Shown here in pieces: positions 52,542-64,000 of a DNA stretch of 64,000 bases. The notes below the pieces were generated by a model. That model had not been told where the DNA came from. It worked only from the letters and a program-made list of their open reading frames with translations, and ran no database searches. The stretch comes from Trichoplax sp. H2 (Eukaryota): positions 62,001-126,000 of the forward strand of contig NOWV01000207.1 in assembly GCA_003344405.1 (NCBI GenBank). The letters run 5' to 3'. The stretch's first letter is position 1, and each line of letters opens with the position of its first letter. The position numbers were made by a program, and so were the translations under genes.

Positions 52542-53904
52542 TACTACGTTAGTCAACAGTGCCTTTATTCATCGACTATAACGATTAGATTGCCGAACGA
52601 TGCTTACTAACTACTCAACAGAAATCCGATTCAACTTAATGAAGAGAGAGAGATCTTGACTAACCATGATCGGTCCAATGAAACTTCACGCTTTCTTCCT
52701 TCCTTCCATTTTGAAGCCATGTGGTGAAAATCCATTGACTTGCTGAATTGTAAGTCAATTACTTTATTGAATGAATATGAATCAGAAGCAAGACTAACTG
52801 AGTTGATATCTCGATCAATTTGTCTTACAGATTCTTGGATTTAATTCGCCCAAAGATTCTTTTGAAAATACTAACTAACATCGTCGTAAATGTTGGCATA
52901 ACAAGCCTGGAGGAGGAAGATTATGCCGACATGTTAGTAATGATGCTTTAGGGCTAAACTACCACTCACTAAAGGAACTTCTGAAAGGCAAAGTATCCTT
53001 TTTCAATAGGTAAGTGTTTATTTAAATATCACAGCAGTAGCTAGCAGTGTGGAGAGAGTAGACATTTCTATTAATACGGTACTATCATCATCATTGATAC
53101 AGTAGAAAATTCCCTCATGAAATGATTGACACAGGTCCATTCGTTCAAAGTAAGTGAGACAAGCTTGAACTCGATAGTCAATCTACTGTCTTGGCATCAT
53201 CTTGCAGTGTAATGCAAGATGATTTTCGACATCATTCACAGTACAGTACATCTGTCTACAGTTAACTAAGACCTCATTAAGCCATCAATCGATCATAATT
53301 CGTCTCCATATTGACCAATAGCAACATGATCAATGACAAGCAATGATTGCTTTCATGTATCATGCCGATGCGATTTCACTTTTAAGTTAATTCCGTTGGT
53401 AACTTTGTTTCACGGTTCAACTGGAAAATGAATTTACCTACCTTCAAGTATGTTATAAGCCAGCTGATGAATGGCCAAGATTTGCACCAAGCATGATTTA
53501 CAGGCTTAATTGGGTTATATATACAGTATACCCATCATAAGGTAAATGCAAGTTAACAAATGGACGTACAATTTCAAATTGATCAACTATGCAATTGACA
53601 AGTGTACATATAAAACGTTTGTTATGCAATGTCTAATGGTTGAAATATTACCTACGAGCTCGTGCGATCCTTCAGCCCATGAACGATGATAATATAATAA
53701 ATTATCGACATAGACGAATAGCTTTAACTGATGAAATGAACTTTGGTAACAATTTTGTAAGCTACTCTAAGTTACTATTGATTGAAATGGCATTGGCGGC
53801 TTCGTGCTTGGAATGTAGATACACGATTTTTATGTTTTCAATAGTCATATATTTTTAACTGTCATCAATCACAGACATTGCATTGAGTTATAATAACAAT
53901 AATA

Positions 53905-55085
53905 ACATGCAGGTTTCATTATTCTACTGTAGTAAACTGGAATAATGTGGCAAGATGGCTGTAAACTATTTTAAAAGTTTAATTTACTACAATACAATTA
54001 ACAATTAGAACATGTTTGCTGTACAATGACTCATTTCTGGAAAATAAAACTGACAGGATATACAATCCTTTAGCTGATGAATCACATTGGCAGAACAGTA
54101 CGAAGACATATGGATATTTTTTACGCATTAAAAGAGACTTCTCCACAAACTAGTAAGCCTTTAAGTAACTATTTTCTGCATGATTACTGGCTGCCTGATG
54201 CTCGTATTCCAATTTTATGTTTTATTAGTTATGGATTTCAAGTGTTTTATCTCATAGACATTGCATTGTACGTGTTACTATTCCTTACAGATTTCGTTTA
54301 TCCTACTGTGCTAACTCTGAATAATGTTGCCAAAAAAGTTAAAAGTTTAATTTATTAACAATACAATTTGCAAGTAGAACAACCTTGGCTGTGCAATGGC
54401 CAACTTAAAAAAATAAGTAATACTTACAAGATCCACGTACGAACCTTTAGCGGATAAATCAAGCATGCCTGACACAGATGGATAGTTTTAACTACTGCAA
54501 TCGAATGAGACTTCTTCAACAAACTTGTAAGCCAACAAGTTATTGCTGTTTGTAAGCTCGTTAGCTGCCTTATGCTCGAAACGCTGACGTATGATTCTAT
54601 GTAGATAGTTTTTATGTATGAGTAGTCCATTTGTTATAATTTATTGATATTTGCTTAGACGTATTATAATGAGAGACAGGTTTCGTTATCCTACTATGCC
54701 AAAGTAGAATAAAGTTGCAAGTAATTAAAGTTTAATTTATTCTGATCCTTTAGCTGATGAATCACATTTGCAAAATATGACTGACACTAATGGGTAGTGT
54801 TAACGACCCAAAAGAGATTCCTACAACAAACTTGTAAGCTACTAGCAGAGAATTTCTGGTAAAAATCCCTGCTGCTAAGTTTTTACTTTTTGTGAGGCCG
54901 TTGGCTGCTCGTACTTGGAATATCAATTTATGATATTCAATTTTAAAAGGTGGGTATTTTACTTGCAATAAGTGGTGGATATTACGAATACTGTACATAA
55001 TAGCATACTGGTTTCAATATATTACTGTACTAAATTCGAAGAATGTGAGATGGCTGGAAAATACTTGAAAATTCAAATTTAATTA
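53905..55085. repeat. Old, diverged tandem repeat, about 330-390 bp x ~3
   Basis: ggtttc.ttat.ctact.tg...aataatgt at about 53910, 54290, 54678 and 55010. atcctttagctgatgaatcacatt is exact at about 54066 and 54745. Confidence 0.6.
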
Positions 55086-56258
55086 TTAATTTATTATTAT
55101 TCGTAAACGCTTGCAAAACTGCTTTGTAATAACTAATGCGGAAAAATATGACTTATCGATGTGCTATTATGAATTTACTACACTGCTCAATCTTTTTACT
55201 ACTAAGCTTACATTGCTGTTAGGCTTGATTACCTGCATTATGATGTTTATAAACACTAATTAATACTTGTATAATATGTTATAACGCTACTTTGCGAGTT
55301 AGTGCACTATATGTAATCTCTACTTAAGTCTATCATCATCTGACTGATCCTCGTATATTGTAGCCATTATGAATACAAGCACAGAAAATATGTTATTACC
55401 GATTCCTTTGTGCAATGTAGGAATTTCCGACAGTCTGCATGGGTGTAAGATAGATCTGATTTGCAACAGATTAATACTTATTTCATTATTAAAGTAATAT
55501 TAGTAAGGTAAGACAACGTAACTGCAGCAAAACTATGAAACAGAAATTGTGGATCACTTTATAAGCTAATAAATCTAGAGAGTGAGATTATATGATAGCA
55601 TGTATATACATTTTTAATACTATTGGACAATGTATAACGCTGTGTAAACTGACGACAATTTCTAAAATCAAGAATTTTAGTTCAAATCAGTATTAACTAG
55701 AAATGATGGTCTAGTATCCACTTGCAAAATTATCATAGGTCGATAGGCAACAAAGCCTTTATTCCTTGTTTAGAGCTATTAGTTAGGACACGCGTAAAGT
55801 AATCTGCTGCACCAGTACAAATTGATCTATGCTGAAGTTATATATACAGTATATAAAATATGTTACACGATGCAAAGTTAAAACTACTAAAGTTAAGCAA
55901 TGTAAATTCGGACGATAAATTGCTTGAGATCAATTAGACGTATTATCCAAATGCAACTTAAAACAGCTGCTGTAGTAGTTACTTCAAAACTACATTTCAC
56001 AATAGCGATAAAGTTTAAAATATCGATGCCACTTCATTACCAAAAGTAATCTTATTCGTTAATATTAGAGTCATGCAAAATTTATTTTACTGTATATTAA
56101 AATATTAGACGATTTATTTATCAGGAGCTAAGATGTACAATGTTGTACGTGAACTATAACGAGCGAGAGATCTACTAGTATCTTAGTATAACATGTCTCC
56201 ACAAAAAAATTGAAGAAGAAATGCCCATTATTAATTATGCTTGGATCACTTATAGCCA

Positions 56259-59200
56259 TCATATGCTTCTCTTCCATCCGGCTATTTTTTCTTCCAGTTG
56301 GTCCACTATAGAAATCTTTTTCATCTTACGTAAAGCTGCAACCACAACACAAATATCAGCATTTTGCCCGGCATTATTTTCCCACAATTTTAGAACTTTG
56401 TACACTTTATCGTAGCGGCTCTGTTCTCTTAATTTAATTTCGTCAATTTCTGTCTCTGACAAATGCAACAAGATTCCCAAACGTAATAAATCGTCTATAT
56501 GGAGTTTCTCTGCTATTATATCGAAGAACCCTGTATCCATTTCTATATTAAAAATAAAATGGAGAACATGAACTATTGTTCAAGTCGCCAAGGTTGTATC
56601 TGATCTAGAATGCATGATTAGCAATGATATAGCAAATGCTTTTTCATAACAACTGTAATTTTAAAACTGATGATATTTTATAAAATGCAACCTGCTGTTA
56701 ATACTACGATTTAGGATTTTTAATTGTCGCTTTAGGTTTGATTCAATTTTATTACTATGAACTCTTCTAAAAGCTTACTGGATAAACAATCTGAACAAAT
56801 TTTAAATCGGAAAATTAACTCATAAAATGATTATCTACTATTCGGATATTTCACTGGTGGTTAGCTAATCTTATAAAGCTTACTAGACAAACAATGTAGA
56901 AAAAAATTAAGATTGAATATTTTTTAATTTATAAATCATTATTTATTGTGTCAAGTAGCTTACTAGTAGCTAGAATATTCTAATTACGATCTTAAAAATT
57001 CGTTGGCGATATCATTATCTAGTAAAACTGGATGCGATCATATCATCAGTGGCAAACGTAGCTGAAAGTATTACATCAATTGACGAGGTAAGGTATTCCT
57101 ATGTTAGAATTTATACGGAGTAATGGCTCTTAATCATATTTGAATCAATCTAAAATTGAATTACTAAATGCAATTGAGAATGATTGATAGATATCAATTC
57201 AATAGAGGTTTACCTTTATCTTTGGTATCTTTCCATCGGTCTAAAGTAGTGGAATAAAAATAGCAACAATCGATTAATAGTTGTATCGTTTAAGTAATCA
57301 ATACAGTAAATTAGTGCCCATAATTCTTGATAATAATCAACTATTGTTTACGCTATTACAAAATCACCTTATATTAAATAGTAAAATAGCTATGATAGAG
57401 TACATTTATGCCTCTTTGCTTGCTCTAGCGTATGACTTTAGTTTATTATATCATGAAAAGTGATAATATAAGAATGAAGCTGCTGTTTATTCTCACATGC
57501 TTACCTATCCAGAATTTTTCATTATAAATCATCCAATCGTTCAAAGATTGACTCGCAAATTCCATCCTACAATGCTTACATCGAATCCAATTTTGATCTC
57601 CTTCCTTGTATTCTTCGGTTATACTTGTTTGTGTATTACATTCACTACATTTGACGAAATATCGACAATCAGCCCCTTTAAACTTGACCATCCTTTCATT
57701 GACAGTGGAGATGAGTTTATTCTTGACAATTTCGTGTGGCCGTTTGACAAATATAGAATTTTTAACTTTATCCTTAATCAATTGACTTGTCTTGGGCTCA
57801 TTTATTTTCTGATAGCAATATTGTAAACCGATGTGAGATTCCTCTTTCTTGACTACAAGGTAATGATCGTCATTTTCTAAATAATATCTGGCACATTGAT
57901 AGCATAATTTTACGTCCTTATTATTCCATTCCTTTAAACAAGAAGATAATAAGCAATAATAAATTCCATCTGGAAGATATGGAATATCTGTACGCTCGTA
58001 TCCGATGTAGAGCCAATCTGATTGATGACATTTTGGTAAATCAAATGGCTTAACATCATCTCGTAACAAGTATGGAACAAAGTATTGACATTCTTCTCCG
58101 TTGTCGTTCTTCTCATTTGTAATTGAACATAGAATATCATAAGCATCCATGAGTGCCAATATAGTTTGCTTACTATCGTCGTCTAAATTAAATTTATAAA
58201 TAGCATGATCAATGTAGGATCTTGATAATTTTCCTGTTGTGCTGGCTATCTCATAGTCGCGTTTTATCTGTGCACCTCCTTGTACAAAATCTTGTAATTG
58301 AATAATGGAACGAAATATATTTAATAACCAATCGACATTAGTTATAATAATTCCGTCGTCGCCTACTTTATCACAGTAGATGACTTCTCCTAAATCGTGT
58401 AGATACATTAACATAGCGATTAATTCATCATGGTTTTCATATAATCCGTATTGTTGAGACAAGGTTACTATTTGTTGCATTGTCATAATATTATGGACTT
58501 GAGAATGTCTAATTTTATTGATAATTGAACATGCGGAATGATTGTTACTGTTAGTAGGGAGCGATTTATTTAATATTGTAGCCATGATATACCATCGAAT
58601 AGGTATAGGATTCGTAATAAATGGCAGCGATTGTACAAATGCCTTAATGATACCATGTAAACGAAGACAACATTGTTGACGCTCCTGCAGTGTCGACGGA
58701 GTACTATCAAGAGGATTGCAATTAAAAATAATACCAGAAGAATAGATATGACTGGCATAAGAAGGCATGCGAGACGTCAATGTAGACACAAATTGATTGA
58801 ATCGAGTACGTCCATCTTCTTCATTGGTAATATAATCGCCATGAGAAGCTACTAAAATAATAATAGGTAATGAATGCTGTGAAGGTGGTAAATGCTGTCC
58901 ATCTTCACTTTGAATGTTGACATTGATGGTACTTTGGCTTGTATGGCCAGCTATGATTGATGTAAGCCATTCTTGCATAGCTTGTAAATACGTCGTTTTG
59001 AGTAATTGGTTGTTCCTTGTTGTTACCTTGTCGTTAATGTCTTGATTAATATTAAATACTAAAATATAAATACTATTGACGGAGATAAAGGGATAATGAG
59101 TAAGATGATAGACGGCATGACCTGCGAAATCCCATATTTTAACATACTGATTTTTATCGTCTTTGTGTGTATTTTGATCGACGATCGACGAACAGTAATA

Positions 59201-61014
59201 TTGATGTAAGCCTCGTTTAGACTGTGATTGAATTGGAATCTCTGTCCTTGCTATCGCTCCATCTTGCGTAATGACATCCGTTGCAGAAGAATCGACACTG
59301 TGTTGTTGCCCATTTGACACAGGTGGATTATTGGTTATAACGGGTTGATCTATTGGATCCATGTCGGTTACTTGCTGACTGAGGTTATCTTGACGATCGA
59401 TACTTGTTTGGGCTAAGTGTTGTATGACTGTCTTGACTTTATCGTCTAGTATTTCAGTCCAATCACAACCCTCTAAGTTCATAACATTATAATATGCAGT
59501 CTCTACCATAATATCCAAATTCTCAGCCACTTGTGTCGGAGATGGATTGTTGAGTCGTTGCTTGGTAAATATTTTTCGAACAGAAGTTTTCCCCACATTG
59601 CGAGCGCCAATGAACATGCCTCGTATTAAATGATTAAAGCAATGACCATGTTTTAAGCTTTTGCGATATGCATTGTAATATTTCTTTTCTTGCAAAGCTG
59701 TAGAACAACAAAATACAGAATAGGGTTACGGTTATCCATCGCTCTCTTGTCTACTACTGTATTAAAACTCCACTTACCTTTCTCTTGTACGTCTTGATTG
59801 TTGTGACTGCCGTCGATAGTATTTGCTGGCGCTATAACGTTGTTGGTTTGATTCGGTTGAAATAGTTCAACGATACTTTTGATCCAATTTCTCGCTATTG
59901 ATGTCGACGATTTCTGCTTCTGGAGAGTCATTTCGATATTCTTTCCTATCCTTGTAACTAGGCCATCATTTCCGCTTGGGGCTGCGATATGGAGCGACTT
60001 GTCATACATATCCATAGCCTGATCGTACTTGCCTTGGCATCTATAGACAACTCCTATGTTGTTATATGACTGCGCAACATGGGGATGATTTTGACCAAGG
60101 ACTGACAATTCAATTTGCAGTGACTTGTTCAACATATCCACAGCCTGATCGTACTTGCCTTGGTCATAATAGACACATCCTATGCTGTTATATGAGTTGG
60201 CAACATCGGGGTGATTGTGACCAAGGACTGACAATCGAATTTGCAGTGACTTGTCATACATATCCACAGCCTGATCGTACTTGCGTTGGTGATGATAGAC
60301 AACTCCTATGTTGTTATATGACTGCGCAACATGGGGATGATTATGACCAAGGACTGACAATCGAATTTGCAGTGACTTGTCATACATATCCATAGCCTGA
60401 TCGTACTTGCCTTGGTCATCATAGACAAGTCCTATGTTGTTATATGACCACGCAACATGGGGGTGATTGTGACCAAGGACTGACAATCCAATTTGCAGTG
60501 ACTTGTCAGACATTTCCAGACATAAGTCAAGCTTGTACAAGTCGAAGTAGACGCACCCAATTTGATGATAACTATCGGCAAGACGAGCATCCTTTTCGTC
60601 TAACCATTTTAATTTCATTTCCAACGATTTCTTACCGTCTTGCAGTGCTCCGTTGTAATCCCCTTGGCGTCTCTTAATCTCGCTTTCTCTTTGTAAACAT
60701 TGAGCCATGCTCACTTCATCTTGCAGTTTAGTAGCCACAGTTTGTCCCTTTTTACTCCAATCAACAGCTTCCTTGAATTGATATTGTAAAGTGTGAATGT
60801 CACAAAGACCAAGATAAATATCGCATGCAAGTCGATCAATATCCGCACTAGGATTCGACAACGAAGCAATCGCATCGACAGCTTGTGTATAACAAGATAG
60901 TCCGTCCACCAACTGGAAGGCAGTCTTGCATGAGTTGCCCTTGTCGTACAGTGATTGTATACGGGTATGGTGAGGAAGCCCACTCGTGGAAGAGACAGAT
61001 TCATCGTCAGCCAT
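56259..61014 (-). CDS. ROCO protein: TPR array - ROC GTPase - COR - Zn ribbon - death domain, about 1250 aa, spliced
   Basis: Exon 61014-59778 (TPRs), an 80-nt GT-AG intron, exon 59697-57505, a 27-nt exon 57240-57214 and a last exon 56542-56259. All introns are phase 1 and in frame. ROC motifs: GARNVGKTS, IWDFAGHAVYHLTH, ILVASHGD. COR motifs: IPIRWY, LMYLHDLGEVIY, YFVPYLL. CSEC..CKHC follows. The last exon has a death-domain pattern (IAEKL..L.LSETEIDEI..VLKLW..AALRKM..IVDQL). Confidence 0.9.
59996..60506 (-). repeat. Coding tandem repeat, 126 bp (42-aa TPR unit) x4
   Basis: gacttgt anchors at 59996, 60122, 60248, 60374 and 60500, an exact 126-nt period. Confidence 0.97.
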
Positions 61015-64000
61015 CTTTTCCTGCACTCAATTCAATAGTATGTGAGTTAAAGACTTGAACGACAGGTTAGAGACAAATAAGATTCAAATCAAGCTTCGTT
61101 GCAACCATTAATGACTAATCATCGGATCGATATTATCTCCATGTATTAATGAGATTATGTCGAAATGGTTGTACTTGCGTGTTAGTCGTAGTTCAACAGA
61201 ACAACATCAATTATTCCATTATAGACAATTTTCAAGCATCAATAAATCAACTTCTACAATGTCGTCTATTAATTCCGCATGGAAGATTATCCGAAAATCA
61301 ATCTCTGTAGATAATTACTGAAGGCAACGCTATCGAACAATCGTGTGCTTACGTGTACATTAACAAAATGCATTCCAGCTTACAAATAGATTATACTCAT
61401 AATCATAATAACCATCAAATAACAATCTTTTTATTCTAATAGACAACAGCAAATAAATGCTAGCTACATCAATGATAGTGTAAAATAAGAGAGGATGCTT
61501 GCAATATAGTTTCGTTGGCGTCGTTTACCTATCTTTAATTTCTATTTTTACTTGAAATACAATGTATAATGATGGATACCTAACGAAATAGGTTACTTAC
61601 CAATGGATGTTTTAAAAATCGGCTAATAACAACTTGATGATTTTGCTGTAACGTAGATTTAATCCTACCAATCCGACTGCGCGCTGCTTTTTGCAACAGG
61701 GGCTAATGGATAAAAAGAGAAGGACAGGTGACATAAAACTCTACTCGGCTAAACAGCTCTATCCAACTACATATACGCTAAATACACGCACTGATCAGCA
61801 CATCTAAATACTACAGTGTATCAGCGATTACAGACTACTAACTCATTGGTTATTTCCTAACTATAAAAACTCCTTGCAAAGTCCTGCACGAGGAAGGGCT
61901 CTATTGATAACCATGAAGCTTGCTTGCTAGAAATCCCAGTTAAACCTGCGGCTATGACACGCTTTTATTCGTAAGTAGTCTCTATGTGGATGATGCGATA
62001 GCCGACGGATAAAGGTAAATAAATAAAATGAAGGTAAGGTAAATAAATAAATTAGGTTTCTTTGCAATGATTTGTGCATAGTCATAAGACCTTATGAAAT
62101 TAGAACAGCTCTAATTTGTATTAGTTTATTAAATACGAGTTTAAGATTAACCTACGAGTATCTTCCCTACCGAATTTCTTATATCTTGTTAGCTTAGTAA
62201 GCCGTCAATCATGTTATTTGCAAAAGTTTGATGCCAATGAACTATTGCATGGGTAGATACAAGTTACCAACAAAATATCGTTCTCTCTAAGTAAGGATAG
62301 TTGACATATTATCCTTATCCATTTTCTTCTATTACAGTCTATCAATAAAACTATCATTTTATCAACAATTTAATTGCAGTCTACCATACGCTATTTATTG
62401 TCGTGGCTCCGCAGTCTGTGTTCATTGCAATTCAATTTGATAATGAGCTTGTTACTGCCATATAAAACTCTCAAATTATCAACTATGAAATTCATCAAGT
62501 AATAACTTAAAGGGGCGACTGTTCAGGATAGGTTACTGATAGTAAACTGCGAGAAAGAATAGCGATGAATATTATATAACATAGAGACATAGAGAAATGA
62601 TAGCAGTCTATTTCAATATACATCATTGACATTATCCGATCCATTGAATCTACTGTAGCTCAACAAAGAATACCATAAATTTAATAAAAGATATTGCTTG
62701 TAACAAATATTATCATTTTGTATACAACGTTCGTAGTCCGATGATGAATTAATGATAAACATTTGCATGGTCAAATTGTAAGCCATACTAATAAAGATTG
62801 TACAATCGCAATCATGAATTTTTTAGACTAACCAGATACATCAACAACGGATTACAACATTGGATATGCAATAAAACGGATTAATCACTTGACTGATCAG
62901 CAGTAGCATATTCTACTTTAATTGGCAACAGGCATCCAATACAGGCATTGCAGTACAACAAGGCACCATCCTCTCAGCACTTACGCTCGCTGCATTCTCG
63001 CGCCAAAGAAGCTTCTTAGTCAACAAGTTCAGCTTCAATCCATGCTCACAGAACTCATTCTCAAGGATAGGTAATCATTTCTACGAGCATAACTCAACAG
63101 TTTTCAACAAACAAGAAGTATTTTATGATCGGAATAGAGTAAAGTAAGATCAAATTAAAATCTCCTGACAGAATTGGCGTGAGTACTGTTTGGCCTGATT
63201 GCAAATTGCATGCTATCGATACAAGATGTAACCCTTCATACATACTGGAAGTACTGCAATCCATAGCAATTCCATATGATTACTACCTTAATTTTATTCA
63301 ATAATTAACAATCAATAAATTGTTAATATACACCATTTAAAGAAAATTTTTAGTATACTTTTATAAACTGTTTGACAAATGACAGTAAAAAATCAACGGA
63401 ATACAGTAGCGCATGATGAAGATGATATCAAGCGACTCAGCAAGATGGCTTAGTTATTGGACTCATCATCGATGATGATCGCCAATAAAACAGTGGCCAA
63501 CAGTAATTTCTGCCATCGGAAGAACAATCTTCATATTAATTCAAGGAGGCTAAAAGATGCAACATTAAAAGAAACGAATCATCTACGCTTATTTCTCGTA
63601 TGCACTAATTTACGCTACTTTAACATTGATGCCCAAGGCACGCTAATGTTGGCTTCAGACAATAGAGCTAAAATGGACATGGTTGGTACTTTCATCAACT
63701 ACATGGAGGAGAATTACCAAGTCTATGCTATACGTGCATGCTCACAAATTATTCCTAGTCAAAATAATAGACCAATCTCAGCTCTAAAAATGCTGCACAG
63801 TGCAAAATGGAACAGAGAATTTGGACAGTCTCCACGCTGTACTACGTTATTTTAAGTAAACTTACTTCTTAAAGCTTCCTAAACTGTTTCTACATGAAGT
63901 TGATACCAATGCAATAAGTTCAAAACCAATATTGAGCGGTTAACTGGTAACATCAGGGTAATTTGCTCAACTCTGGTTAAAACAGGTCATGACATTTTAC

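Noticed and set aside
59653..59778. Programmed frameshift or pseudogene at the overlap of the TPR and ROC ORFs
   Set aside because: An 80-nt intron (GTAAGT at 59777, TTCTACAG ending at 59698) joins them in frame (EK-A-LQEKK).
60066..60677. Plus-strand repetitive ORFs
   Set aside because: Antisense shadows of the TPR repeats.
1395..61026. TTG/GTG start codons given by the ORF track
   Set aside because: This is a eukaryotic locus, so I used the first ATG or a splice acceptor instead.
63457..63855. 132-aa ORF
   Set aside because: No recognisable motif or supported splice structure, so it cannot be called without a search.

Overview
AT-rich eukaryotic (animal) genomic DNA with short GT-AG introns. 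The gene content and compactness suggest a placozoan such as Trichoplax (inference only). In order, the window holds: the 3' exons of ATP synthase subunit d (+); six intronless class A GPCRs in tandem (-, 1.4-30.2 kb) with a trypsin-like protease relic among them; an 8-exon secreted astacin + LamG-like gene (+); SMSr/SAMD8 (+); a 15-exon ALG1 (-) that the ORF track misses; several tandem repeats; and a spliced TPR-ROC-COR-Zn ribbon-death domain gene (-, 56.3-61.0 kb). The best candidate for a novel system is the ROCO gene. Its TPR sensor is built from near-identical 126-bp units that differ mainly at the ligand-binding groove positions, which resembles a repeat-diversifying NLR-like immune receptor. 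All exon boundaries were read by eye and checked for frame; none has transcript support.
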